Below are positions 5,732 to 15,116 of a stretch of DNA of 40,869 nucleotides, piece after piece. Position 1 is the first letter of the stretch; each line of letters opens with the position of its first letter. The stretch is from a virus. The stretch lies in the IMG/VR virus record IMGVR_UViG_3300001200_000002, positions 1 to 40,869 of that record. One strand, written 5' to 3'. The notes under the pieces are model-generated. The model did not search any database. It saw nothing but the letters and a program-made list of their open reading frames with translations, and was not told the origin of the DNA. The position numbers were made by a program, and so were the translations under genes.

Positions 5732-8022
5732 AGGATCCTGGCTGTAAAAACTTTCGTGGCCACCGGTTTTTCCCCGTTTTTTTTGCACCATTCTGCATAA
5801 GAAGCACGCATATCTTCAATCACCCCAAAGAAGCTCCCACCATCAGATTTTTGGATCCATTCCGGTGCAGTTCCATCATCCGATGCTGGTCCAATTTCGA
5901 CATGCATTTCGGCCCATCTTGCCACCGAATCTATGTCTCTTTTATAGGCAACAAGACTACGCTCCATGGCCTCACTTTTGGTGAACTGGTAATTATTATT
6001 CTTCAATCGGTGGTACATTTTTAAGGCAATGTTTGCCACCCCAGGCATTTCATTTTCAATAATTCTTTGGTCAATATTGGTATCAAGGTTTCCAAGTTCT
6101 TCACTAAAGATGGCGTTAAATTCAGCAATCAGAAGCCGCCTAAAAAACCCATGATTTTGAGAGGCTCCACTTGGAAGCTCATTGCAGGTCATAATGAACT
6201 TACACTTATTCTCAAAGTCATAGGGATCCTTAAACTTCCTCGACACAGTCACTGAGCCCCCGGTGGCAAGCTTTTTCATAGTCTCCCAAAAGTTCTTATC
6301 AGTAAAAGAGGGAACCTCCTCCATTATGTTAAATAAGGCCCCATCAAGCTGCTGGAGGTGAAAAGCATTATCTAGATCACTCACCCCTAGGGCTTTTACC
6401 CCACGGCCACCAAGTTTCTTCCAGACATTTAGGAATCTTGATTTACCGTTTTGCCCACCACCAGTGAGTACTAGGATTTTATCAGACTTTGGTTGATCGT
6501 TACTCATGCAGTAGCCAAGGTACTCCATTAAGACAGTCTGCATTTTGGTATCACCACATGTGACATTATTAAGCATCTTCTTAAACTCATGCGCTTCTGC
6601 TTCTGGGTCATAGTCAAAATCAAGGGAGTCTCTAAACCCATATTTTGGTGAGTGCTCCATAAGCTCCATGGTATCAATGTCTAACACCCCATTTTTAAAG
6701 CTAATCTTTCTATCAGTGGATTTTAGAAACCACTCAGGGTCTTCTAGGTTTGTCCGCTTCACTTTACCCTTAAACTCATTACACACAGTGTTTTTAGGAG
6801 GTGGGCTAAACTGTTCTTCAGCGTAGGCTTCAATGTAGACATCACTTACCTCTGTCCACTTGGTTTCATCAAACCTATAGTGTGAGCCTGCCACATTTTT
6901 ATAAGGGATTTTTTTGTCATAAAACTTTCTTAAATCATCATACTGGGGGATCAAAGCGCCCTTGGCATTGATCATGTGAAAGCCTGAGTGACTCGTTGCT
7001 ATAAAATCAGGCCCTTTTATAGTTATAGGGGACTTACATTTTTTATAAAAGGGACATTTTTCACACCCCCCCCAAAGTTTATTAATATTATCACAGGTTC
7101 TTGGGCCACTATTGGTTAGCGCTTGCTTTAGCTTCCTATCAGTTTTTTGAGGCGAGTAGCCAGGGTGTCCCTTGGAATATTCATGAGCCAATGACTCCCC
7201 ATTTTCTAATCTACCAACGACTGAGAGCATGGCATACCACTGGGCTTCATTTACACTTGCCGGGTGTTTTTTGCAATAATCTAGAAAAAGGCACTCTTTT
7301 TTAACAGTTTCAGTGTCTAATTTGATATAACTAAGCTCTTTTTCACTTAAAAAGTCTTTTTTTGGATCTAAAACTGGTAAACCCGTGGCTTTTTGAATAT
7401 CCCAATCCACAGCCTCCACCACTTCCACTGGATTTAAGTACTCTACTATCTCATCTTTTCTTCCCGGCTTTTTGGAAATAGAAGATGGGGCTCTAAACAT
7501 TCGGTTTGGTGCAAACACTTGTGTGTCTAGAGCCCCTGAGAGTCCACTATCCAATAGGCTGTCATCTATTTGAGCACAGAGGACTTGGTAATCTAAGCTG
7601 TATTTTTGAAACCACTGTTTATCAGTGATAGCTTTTTTAAGCTGCATAACAATGTGAAAACCACCCCCGGTTTTTATTAGAACCAGGTTGTGTTCTTTAA
7701 CCCCTAAAACTTTTGCTATCACTGATAAATATTGTTCATGTTTTTGTTTGTCTGAGTCTTCTACATCATCGACATCCCACATTATTAAATCTTGGGCTAA
7801 CCAGTTTTCCACACGTTTTTCCACATCTTCTTTTACCTGATTACAGGTGACATAAAGATTGAATCTTTCATGGCTTGGTAAAGCTTGTATGCAGTCTTCG
7901 TGATTTTTTAGAAAATCATTTAAGTCTTTAAAGTATATTTGTGGTTTAAAGGATTTCTCAACAGCCTCTGTATCCGTTGCTCCATCTGGTGTATACGTTC
8001 TTATGCGTCTAAGTTCTAACAC
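5617..8022 (-). CDS. bifunctional primase-polymerase (AEP) / SF3 (D5-P4 type) replicative helicase
   Basis: AEP motifs IMWDVDD (DxD), TGGGFHIVM (sGxGxH) and NRMFRAPSS. Cys cluster CDNINKLWGGCEKCPFYKKC. Walker A VLTGGGQNGKS, Walker B FNIMEEV, motif C IMTCNELP. Confidence 0.9.
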   Translation of the reverse strand: MLELRRIRTYTPDGATDTEAVEKSFKPQIYFKDLNDFLKNHEDCIQALPSHERFNLYVTCNQVKEDVEKRVENWLAQDLIMWDVDDVEDSDKQKHEQYLSVIAKVLGVKEHNLVLIKTGGGFHIVMQLKKAITDKQWFQKYSLDYQVLCAQIDDSLLDSGLSGALDTQVFAPNRMFRAPSSISKKPGRKDEIVEYLNPVEVVEAVDWDIQKATGLPVLDPKKDFLSEKELSYIKLDTETVKKECLFLDYCKKHPASVNEAQWYAMLSVVGRLENGESLAHEYSKGHPGYSPQKTDRKLKQALTNSGPRTCDNINKLWGGCEKCPFYKKCKSPITIKGPDFIATSHSGFHMINAKGALIPQYDDLRKFYDKKIPYKNVAGSHYRFDETKWTEVSDVYIEAYAEEQFSPPPKNTVCNEFKGKVKRTNLEDPEWFLKSTDRKISFKNGVLDIDTMELMEHSPKYGFRDSLDFDYDPEAEAHEFKKMLNNVTCGDTKMQTVLMEYLGYCMSNDQPKSDKILVLTGGGQNGKSRFLNVWKKLGGRGVKALGVSDLDNAFHLQQLDGALFNIMEEVPSFTDKNFWETMKKLATGGSVTVSRKFKDPYDFENKCKFIMTCNELPSGASQNHGFFRRLLIAEFNAIFSEELGNLDTNIDQRIIENEMPGVANIALKMYHRLKNNNYQFTKSEAMERSLVAYKRDIDSVARWAEMHVEIGPASDDGTAPEWIQKSDGGSFFGVIEDMRASYAEWCKKNGEKPVATKVFTARILSQLSGRKIGTGTKEVRKTRARFNGARKYVIEGITHFG

Positions 8023-8061
8023 TTATCATCCCCCTGATGCTTTTAAAATTTAGTCATAGTG

Positions 8062-8092
8062 TTTGACAGCCTATGAGTGTAATACTCTAGAA
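8062..8092 (+). promoter_or_regulatory. sigma70-like promoter candidate (TTGACA-N19-TAGAAT)
   Basis: Consensus -35 TTGACA at 8062-8067 and TAGAAT at 8087-8092, in the divergent region between the primase gene and the plus-strand block. The spacer is 2 nt longer than optimal. Confidence 0.35.
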
Positions 8093-8201
8093 TATCTCAA
8101 CGCATAGTCTTGAGCGTCAATGAAAACTTGCTTTGCTTGCACCTGGACAAAGTGCTATTTTCTATTAATTGCTATTAAACTACACAAAGAAGGTTTTTAT
8201 A

Positions 8202-8408
8202 ATGTCCGATCCAAGCATGGAAACAATTGATATCCTTCGTAAAAAGATTGCAGATTACAAAAGTGCGCTTAGAATTTTTTATCTTTTTGTTGATATCGCT
8301 CATCCTTTAAATGAAGAAGAAAAAAAAGAAGTCAGAAAAATGTTTGAAAAGCACAACGTGTCTGATGTTTTGGATTTAATAGAGAGTGATAGCAAAGTTG
8401 GGCATTGA
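8202..8408 (+). CDS. hypothetical protein
   Basis: ORF track 8169..8408 (TTG). The ATG at 8202 is the likelier start. Confidence 0.5.
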   Translation: MSDPSMETIDILRKKIADYKSALRIFYLFVDIAHPLNEEEKKEVRKMFEKHNVSDVLDLIESDSKVGH

Positions 8409-8856
8409 TGATTTTAGAGAGTTTAATCTACATGGAGGTTACACGTTGATAGATGTAAGAGAATTTAAAAATGCAGAGGATAGTCTTAACGCTACTTATT
8501 TAAGTAAAGACATAAAAATTAAGTTCATATTAATGCCAGAAAATTATAATGTAAGAGCTGATCTAGTTTGGAATAAAAAATACACTCCAGATGAAGTTGA
8601 TCCACCAATTGAGCTTGTTATAAACGCTAAAAAAGATTTATTAGAAGCTTTAAAGGAAACTCAGTTTTTTAAAAACGAGGAAGAAAAATTTAAAAAGGTA
8701 TGTGAAGATTATGCTAAACAAATTTCAGAGTTGGTTAACGAAGTCAAAAAATACAAACCCTACTATGAACACTTCAAACTCGGATACAAAATGCAGCACG
8801 GAGAACTCCCCGCTGAATTACCACCTATTCACAAACCAGATAGAAAAGACGGTTAG
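8386..8856 (+). CDS. hypothetical protein
   Basis: 156-aa ORF with a GTG start overlapping the upstream gene end. Confidence 0.5.
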   Translation: MIAKLGIDDFREFNLHGGYTLIDVREFKNAEDSLNATYLSKDIKIKFILMPENYNVRADLVWNKKYTPDEVDPPIELVINAKKDLLEALKETQFFKNEEEKFKKVCEDYAKQISELVNEVKKYKPYYEHFKLGYKMQHGELPAELPPIHKPDRKDG

Positions 8857-8881
8857 TTTTTTAAGAGAACTTGATGGATAC

Positions 8882-9106
8882 ATGAAGTCCCCTGATGTCC
8901 AAGGGGTAGAGTATTATAAAACACTTTACTTTGAAACTTTGGATGAGGTTGAAAAGTATGAAAAAGAAGTGGATCAAAAACTAAGAGAGCTTCAGTTAAA
9001 AAATGCTGAAAAAGGAAAACGTATTGGAGAGTTATTAAATAGGCTTGAAAAATACGAACCACCCGTGGAAGTTACAAAAGCAAAAGGGTCTGATAGTTAC
9101 TCATGA
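8882..9106 (+). CDS. hypothetical coiled-coil protein
   Basis: ORF track 8702..9106, whose N-terminal part overlaps the previous gene out of frame. The first non-overlapping ATG is at 8882. Confidence 0.45.
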   Translation: MKSPDVQGVEYYKTLYFETLDEVEKYEKEVDQKLRELQLKNAEKGKRIGELLNRLEKYEPPVEVTKAKGSDSYS

Positions 9107-9801
9107 AAACACCTAAATGGAACACCTTTGATTTTCACATAAGCTACTTAAAAAGCCCGATAAAAAACTTAGTTAAAAGACAAGTGCTATCGGGTGACAA
9201 TTCAGGGGTTGTACACCAAAGAGCTCCAAGCTTTTGGACTGTTGGTATGGCTACTTATAAAGATGGTGTTAGTGATATTAAGGCAATTGAAAAAAACAAT
9301 GAGCTTTTATACAAATACTTCCCTGATTTTTATGATTACCAGATTCAAAAACTTCAAACGCTTCTAGAAAAGCCGGTGTGTTACATGAAAAATATGCCTC
9401 TACCTGGTTTTCATGTTTTTGTGTACTGCAAGGAGTTTGAAAAGCCTTTAGCTAGACCTCATGTGGATGTGCCATTTAATAAATATGATTGGGGTAAAGA
9501 GGTTGGTGAGGATGATATATTTACTCACGTTATAGGCGTAGAGGTTCCAAAAGATGCAGGATTTTACATGTGGGACTATGAGGCCAAGGACATGGCAAAA
9601 GAAGGCCCAGATGTGATTGTAGAAAGGGCTAGGAAGACAGTCCCTGATGCGTTGGTACATCATATGAGTAATAAAATGATCATACACACTGGGAAAAATG
9701 TCCATATGATTAAGCCTTTTTCTGGTCCAACGGATATGTGGCGTATAACTCTACAATCACACGCAGTGTTTAAAGATGGAGTATGGCAGCTTTACTGGTG
9801 A
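9103..9801 (+). CDS. possible 2OG-Fe(II) oxygenase-fold protein
   Basis: Ordered motifs RPHVDVP (HxD), NVHMIKP (distal His) and WRITLQS (RxT). ATGA overlap with the upstream gene. Motif-level call only. Confidence 0.4.
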   Translation: MKTPKWNTFDFHISYLKSPIKNLVKRQVLSGDNSGVVHQRAPSFWTVGMATYKDGVSDIKAIEKNNELLYKYFPDFYDYQIQKLQTLLEKPVCYMKNMPLPGFHVFVYCKEFEKPLARPHVDVPFNKYDWGKEVGEDDIFTHVIGVEVPKDAGFYMWDYEAKDMAKEGPDVIVERARKTVPDALVHHMSNKMIIHTGKNVHMIKPFSGPTDMWRITLQSHAVFKDGVWQLYW

Positions 9802-9882
9802 TATATAAAACACCGTCCATGGTGTAAAAAATACCTTCCTTGGCGATGGTGCTAAGTGTAGTATTACATAAAAGGGGATAAA

Positions 9883-10188
9883 ATGCTTAATATAAAACCG
9901 AAAACTTATGTTTTAACCCTTACTGGTGTTGCAAGAGACATAACACCAGATGATGCCACTAAAAAACTATTCACTTCAGCCCTTGCTATTCAAAACTCCT
10001 CTGGGAATGATTTATTTATTGGGGATGAAAATTCTCAAGATTGGTTAGTTCCTGATGGATGTGAGTTTGAATTTTCGCATGTTAATGAAGAGCCAAGTGG
10101 AACTGATTCAGTTATACCCACAAGTAAATTTTGGGTTAGAGGGACTGGTAGAATTGTTGTGCTTATTTCAGAGGGGACTAGAGGCTAA
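9883..10188 (+). CDS. hypothetical virion-associated protein
   Basis: 101-aa ORF preceded by AAAGGGGATAAA. First gene of the fibre module. Confidence 0.5.
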   Translation: MLNIKPKTYVLTLTGVARDITPDDATKKLFTSALAIQNSSGNDLFIGDENSQDWLVPDGCEFEFSHVNEEPSGTDSVIPTSKFWVRGTGRIVVLISEGTRG

Positions 10189-10460
10189 TGAGTGTAGGGA
10201 ACAAGGCCAAAAAGTGTCTTACAGCTAAAACTGGCCTATTGTCCTATGTTGACGAATATTTTGATGTCGATCCTACTATAGTAACTAATGGCTATATAAG
10301 TTTGTTGAATATACCATCGCACGCAAGGGTTTTATTAAATGGGATTGAACTATCTGAAGGTATTAGTAGAGATTATATAATCCAAGGAAACGATATCGTT
10401 TTCAATACACCCGAATGTTTGGAGCCAACAGATTTAATAAAAGTTAGTTACCTACCATAA
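10188..10460 (+). CDS. small protein sharing a C-terminal module with the next fibre protein
   Basis: VLLNGIELSEGISRDYIIQGNDIVFNTPECLEPTDLIKVSY aligns with VYLNGLRQVRGGVDYTLNDTTGVITFTDPLLTDDCVVVDY of the 10481 ORF. Confidence 0.55.
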   Translation: MSVGNKAKKCLTAKTGLLSYVDEYFDVDPTIVTNGYISLLNIPSHARVLLNGIELSEGISRDYIIQGNDIVFNTPECLEPTDLIKVSYLP

Positions 10461-10480
10461 TAACAATAAAGGGGATAAAT

Positions 10481-11404
10481 ATGGCAGATACTAAAATAAG
10501 AGCGAATACACAGATTAAGTCCGGAACACTTGATCGTGATAAACTACAGTCGGATTTTCTAGAAGGTACAAACCTAGATTTAACAGGTGGTAACAACAAC
10601 GCCACTATAACTGGTTTAGCAGCCGGTGTGGCACTTGATGATGCTGTAAATGTTGCACAGTTAAACGCAGCCGTTTCAGGATCAATGAACTACCAAGGAA
10701 CTATTGATGCATCAGATGCTACTGGTGCAGCACTAGATGGAGCAGCAATTGGTGATTTCTTTTTAGTTTCTACAGCTGGGACACTTGATGGGGTTCAATA
10801 CAATGTTGGTGATCACTTAGTAGTTAACGATGCTATCACTGATTTTAGTGTTGATGGGGCTGGTAAGATTGATATCATTGATAACACTGAGTCTGCAGAT
10901 ATTCTTAGAGATGCTGATATCGTTAACGACCTGACAACAGGTGGTACAACTTCAGTTCTTTCAGCTCAACAAGGTGTTGTGCTTCAAGGTCTTGTTAATG
11001 GGCTTCAAACTGAGCTTGATGATACTCAAACAGGTGCAGGTCTTAATGCTGATGGTACATACAACACTCCATCAGGAACAGACTACATTGATACAGCTAC
11101 AAGCTTGGCAAACGCTGATGAGCTATTAGATGCTCAGATTGCTGCAAACGCTGCTGCAATTGCTGCTATTCCAGGTGCTGTAAATGAGGTTTGTGGGGAG
11201 CTCCCAACAGTTACAAATGGCTCTGCAGTTTTACCTGCATTAGCAAACGTGCCTGTTATAGCTGGTTCGGATAAGGTATATTTAAATGGTTTAAGACAAG
11301 TCCGTGGTGGTGTAGATTACACACTTAACGATACTACAGGAGTAATTACCTTCACAGACCCTCTTTTAACAGATGACTGTGTTGTTGTTGATTACAAGTA
11401 CTAA
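10481..11404 (+). CDS. tail fibre / virion fibre protein
   Basis: N-terminal LDDAVNVAQLN motif typical of phage fibres, then a Gly/Ala/Thr/Asp-rich sequence. Strong RBS AAAGGGGATAAA. Confidence 0.65.
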   Translation: MADTKIRANTQIKSGTLDRDKLQSDFLEGTNLDLTGGNNNATITGLAAGVALDDAVNVAQLNAAVSGSMNYQGTIDASDATGAALDGAAIGDFFLVSTAGTLDGVQYNVGDHLVVNDAITDFSVDGAGKIDIIDNTESADILRDADIVNDLTTGGTTSVLSAQQGVVLQGLVNGLQTELDDTQTGAGLNADGTYNTPSGTDYIDTATSLANADELLDAQIAANAAAIAAIPGAVNEVCGELPTVTNGSAVLPALANVPVIAGSDKVYLNGLRQVRGGVDYTLNDTTGVITFTDPLLTDDCVVVDYKY

Positions 11405-11407
11405 ACA

Positions 11408-11431
11408 AATAGGGGATGAAAGTCCCCTATT
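11408..11431 (+). terminator. 9-bp stem hairpin just after the fibre gene stop (no U tract)
   Basis: AATAGGGGA-tgaaag-TCCCCTATT. No T run follows, so it may be an attenuator or stabiliser rather than a full terminator. Confidence 0.3.
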
Positions 11432-11449
11432 ACTAAAGATAGGAAAAAA

Positions 11450-11764
11450 ATGTCAGGAAGAACGTCAATAACAGGAAGACAAGTCAGAGACGAATCTCTT
11501 ACAGGGGATGATATACTTGATGGCTCGGTGCAAAGAAAAGATCTTGATGTTTCTACTCCAGGGCAAGCCGTTGTAAGAAGAATTATTGCAGGAACAAATA
11601 TAAGTATAGGTTCAACAGGCATTGACTCAGGAACTGGTGATGTAACAATTAATGCATCAGGTGGTGCAGCGTTGATTAATTGTGCTAAGGGTGGCACCTC
11701 AGCAAACGCTCTAGCTAATAGTGGAGCATCATGCGCAAGAGGGGGGGATTCTAGTGTCATTTAG
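11450..11764 (+). CDS. tail fibre protein, N-terminal segment
   Basis: 104 aa. ITGRQVRDESLTGDDILDGSVQRKDL resembles fibre N-termini. It ends just after a G7 tract (11741-11747). Confidence 0.55.
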   Translation: MSGRTSITGRQVRDESLTGDDILDGSVQRKDLDVSTPGQAVVRRIIAGTNISIGSTGIDSGTGDVTINASGGAALINCAKGGTSANALANSGASCARGGDSSVI

Positions 11765-12371
11765 CGGAGTAGTAGCAGACTTAAGGTATGCCCAAATTTC
11801 AGATACGACCGCAAACTGGTCAACAAACAACCCAATACTTGAAAATGCAGAAATAGGCTGGGATGAAACAGTTCTAGATTTTAAAATAGGCGATGGTGTG
11901 ACTGCATGGAACTCGCTTCCTTATTATAAAGACACAATTACTGCAGCAAGCTTTCCATCTTATGAAGCTTATCAAACAGGAACCACAACATTAGCTGAAA
12001 ATCCTGCACCAGCTTCTATTATTCCAATGAACACACAAGTCGATGCTGTAACTGGATACGCTCAAGTAAGTAGTGGTGTTCAAGTTACTGATGCTGGTTC
12101 TTACAACTATGCATTTTCAGTAAGTGCAGATGGCGGTGATAATGATAGAGCAACACTTGTTTCAAGTATTTATGTAAACGGTATTGAGGTTACAAGAACA
12201 AGAGCTTTTGGTTATTGTAGAAATGTAAACAATGGTGAGGGCAGTGCTGGTAAATCTGGTAAGCTCATCTTATCTGCAAACGACATTGTAACGGTTAGAG
12301 CTTTTATCTTTGGTGACAATGCTACAACAATTACTGAAACAAGTAATTTATTCTTGGAGAGAAAGTCATGA
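11754..12371 (+). CDS. tail fibre protein, distal segment
   Basis: GTG at 11754 lies 6 nt after GAGGGGGGG. TTANWSTNNPILENAEIGWDETVLDFKIGDGVTAWNSLPYY is the motif seen in Mtd-N / HylP-type fibre proteins. Confidence 0.6.
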   Translation: MSFSGVVADLRYAQISDTTANWSTNNPILENAEIGWDETVLDFKIGDGVTAWNSLPYYKDTITAASFPSYEAYQTGTTTLAENPAPASIIPMNTQVDAVTGYAQVSSGVQVTDAGSYNYAFSVSADGGDNDRATLVSSIYVNGIEVTRTRAFGYCRNVNNGEGSAGKSGKLILSANDIVTVRAFIFGDNATTITETSNLFLERKS

Positions 12372-14302
12372 TTTTAACTACAACAGGTAATGCAACAACA
12401 GTTGTTATCACAGGACTTAGAGCACAGGACAACAATGATCTTACGCTAACTCATCCACAGACACTTAACTTATTAGAATTTTATGACAACGAGGATATCA
12501 AAGGTGTTGAATCAGTTATTCAAGCAGCCATTGATAATAATTTTATTACAGCTGAGACTGAAAACGGTGATCCTATCACTGATGTTGACGCTTCACTTCA
12601 AGATCTTTCAGAGATCATTGCAAGCGTTGATGCTTTAGAAGCTGATCAAGACGCACAAGACATTACTATAGCTCAGAATCAAGCAACAAATACAACTCAA
12701 GACGTTGATATAGATGCAGCCGAACAAGATATAGATAACCTTGAAGCAAACGATGCCACTCAAGATACAAACATTTCACAAAACACTTCAGACATCACAG
12801 CTGTAGAGGGCGTAAACACAGCTCAACAAGCAGAAATAGATCAAGCTGAACTTGATATAGATAATTTAGAAACTGAAAACGCTGCACAACAAACTGAGAT
12901 TGATAATATTGAGAGTGATCAAACTACTCAAGATTCTAACATTGCAACAAATGCAGCTGCTATTATAACCGAAGCAGCTGTTAGCGCTCAAGCTGATGCC
13001 AATTTACAAACAGAGATAGATGCAGCAGAGGTTGTAAACACTAACCAACAAACTGAAATAGACGCAGCCGAACAAGACATTGATGACATTGAAGCATTGA
13101 TCCCAAACTTTGCAGTTAAAAATGCAAACAATAACTTTACAGCTAACCAAACAATAGCGCCTGCTACGGGTAACGCTTTTGCTACAATAGATTCAGATGA
13201 TGGGGATTCTTCTATTATATTTAGATCAGAGAATCATCTTTGGTCTATCGGAGCACCTGGTTTTGTAAATTCAGATGAGTTTAGAATTACAAAAACAAAT
13301 GGTCTTGGCAGTAGTGTGGCTTTTTCAATTCAAAATTTTGAAGCCAATTTTTTTAATAAAAGATTAAACAATCTTATTGATCCTTTTGCAGCTCAAGACG
13401 CTGCCACTAAAAACTATGTGGACACTGAAATAGCTGCCAATGTTGGCGGTGGGGGAGCAACCGAGCTTAACGATTTAACAGATGTGGACACTGCAGGTGT
13501 TCAAACAGGTGATATACTTGAGTGGACAGGGACAGAGTTTGTTCCAAAAGCTATTAACAATGGTTTTACTTTACTTAAGATATGGTCAGAAGAAAACGGT
13601 GGTATCTCAAACAATTCTTATGAATGGTCATATGGTAACGGTGCTACTGGTCAGACAATTGGTATCGTTATTATGGAAGACTGTGAAATGTATAAAGCTG
13701 CTCTTAATGCAGAAAACTTTGGTACCAGTGTTTCAATGAATATTTATAGAAGAAGAGCTGGTGTAAACACTCTTGTTCAAACTGTTAACTTTACTGCAAA
13801 CAACCAAGTTGTTGAGTTTGCACCTATTGAATTTTTAGAAGGTGACGTTGTTATTCATCAAACAAACACAGTTGTTGGTAGCACAAGTGATTGTAGGTTT
13901 ATAAACATGTGTAGAGTCATTGCTCAGATAACTTTTCCCAAAACTGATAGAGCAAGGGTTCTTAATTCAGGTGTTGCTTTTAGCTCAACTACATTCGTAA
14001 CTGTCCCAGGTATGAGTACGACAGTAACGCTTACTCAACCAGGTGAGGTTGAAGGTGATTTTATTTATGGTGGGCAACGTACAGGAACAACTAATGCAAA
14101 CGTAGAATTTAGAATTAATATTGAAGGTGTTACTGGGGGTAATCTGCAAGAAACACTTTCTACTTTTAACGACACTGGGGCTGTATCATTTTTTAGAGAG
14201 AATTTACCAGCTGGAACTTACACTGTATCAGCTGAGGCTTTAACCAGTGCCCCAATTAATTTTAATAATATTAAATTAAGGGCTGAGGCCAACGAGGATT
14301 AG
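12368..14302 (+). CDS. tail fibre protein with acidic periodic shaft
   Basis: 644 aa. Repeated IDAAEQDIDNLE / QQTEID units (about 12690-13100) and a DPFAAQDAATKNYVD fibre motif. ATGA overlap with the upstream gene. Confidence 0.75.
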   Translation: MILTTTGNATTVVITGLRAQDNNDLTLTHPQTLNLLEFYDNEDIKGVESVIQAAIDNNFITAETENGDPITDVDASLQDLSEIIASVDALEADQDAQDITIAQNQATNTTQDVDIDAAEQDIDNLEANDATQDTNISQNTSDITAVEGVNTAQQAEIDQAELDIDNLETENAAQQTEIDNIESDQTTQDSNIATNAAAIITEAAVSAQADANLQTEIDAAEVVNTNQQTEIDAAEQDIDDIEALIPNFAVKNANNNFTANQTIAPATGNAFATIDSDDGDSSIIFRSENHLWSIGAPGFVNSDEFRITKTNGLGSSVAFSIQNFEANFFNKRLNNLIDPFAAQDAATKNYVDTEIAANVGGGGATELNDLTDVDTAGVQTGDILEWTGTEFVPKAINNGFTLLKIWSEENGGISNNSYEWSYGNGATGQTIGIVIMEDCEMYKAALNAENFGTSVSMNIYRRRAGVNTLVQTVNFTANNQVVEFAPIEFLEGDVVIHQTNTVVGSTSDCRFINMCRVIAQITFPKTDRARVLNSGVAFSSTTFVTVPGMSTTVTLTQPGEVEGDFIYGGQRTGTTNANVEFRINIEGVTGGNLQETLSTFNDTGAVSFFRENLPAGTYTVSAEALTSAPINFNNIKLRAEANED

Positions 14303-14303
14303 T

Positions 14304-15116
14304 ATGGAATATAAATTTACAAAATCACAGTTTAATGGAACAAAGTTTTTAAGACTTATAGAATCACCTCTAAAAGAAAAAATATACGCAACCACTCATG
14401 TTGATGGGTTGGTTACTATTTTTGTAAAGGAAGAGCTAAGCACAGAAGAGATAAATTTAATACAACAAATTGTTGATACACACGACCCGTCCCCTGATTC
14501 GCCTTTAAAAATATATAATTTTATACATCCAGATTTAGACCATAGAACCACTGATTTTACTATCGTTGGACTAAAAAAGTCTTCTCCACGTTATGACAGA
14601 GGAAGAAAGGTTGAGGCTGATTACATTGATCCTGAAACAAAAAAGATGGTTGTGCGAAAAGTATTTACTGACCAAAGAGATGTAGAAACTGGTATCCTCA
14701 CAGGACTTTTAATTGATTTTGAGTGGTATAAAGAAAACGGTGAGGTTGGAGACACAAAGACTGAGCTTGTTAAAGAATATAACGAGTGGGAAGCTGAAAC
14801 TATTGAGCGACAAAGAAGGCAAAAGCAAAAAGACTTTCTTGTTCGTGAAGGAAAAAGGTCAGGTGCAGAGGCTTACATGACTATGCTTCTTCATTATTTT
14901 AGCGAACAGATTAGTGACTACATAGCCCTTGGTTCAAACGCATGGGCTGAGGCTTTAAAAGCTCACATGCCAAAGTTTATCAATGACGATCCTACTGGAG
15001 AGCCTGATCAGTCTGCAATAGAAACTCAAATTTATGGGATACTAACAGCAAAGCCAGAAGGTAACTTAAGCATTAAAGAAGCTATACTTTATCAAATAAC
15101 AGGGAGTGTTTCATGA
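14304..15116 (+). CDS. hypothetical protein (fibre-module associated)
   Basis: 270-aa ORF starting 2 nt after the fibre stop. Confidence 0.5.
   Translation: MEYKFTKSQFNGTKFLRLIESPLKEKIYATTHVDGLVTIFVKEELSTEEINLIQQIVDTHDPSPDSPLKIYNFIHPDLDHRTTDFTIVGLKKSSPRYDRGRKVEADYIDPETKKMVVRKVFTDQRDVETGILTGLLIDFEWYKENGEVGDTKTELVKEYNEWEAETIERQRRQKQKDFLVREGKRSGAEAYMTMLLHYFSEQISDYIALGSNAWAEALKAHMPKFINDDPTGEPDQSAIETQIYGILTAKPEGNLSIKEAILYQITGSVS

Noticed and set aside
5626-7304. Plus-strand ORFs inside the primase-helicase gene (5626..6024, 6067..6255, 7101..7304) and the minus off-frame 5631..5819
   Set aside because: They are antisense or off-frame to a gene with clear catalytic motifs and have low-complexity, Cys/Phe-rich translations. 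Similar shadow ORFs inside polA, terL, the portal gene and others were also ignored.
8702-8881. N-terminal 60 codons of track ORF 8702..9106
   Set aside because: This part lies out of frame inside the 8386..8856 ORF and has a low-complexity translation. The gene most likely starts at the ATG at 8882.
9802-9882. Hairpin ACACC-gtccat-GGTGT as a terminator after the 9103 gene
   Set aside because: On the plus strand it is followed by an A run rather than a T run. It would only work for minus-strand transcription, which has no gene here. The stem is only 5 bp.
11754-14302. Diversity-generating retroelement, because a fibre protein carries an Mtd-N-like motif
   Set aside because: No reverse transcriptase ORF exists anywhere in the genome, and I could not see a template/variable repeat pair.
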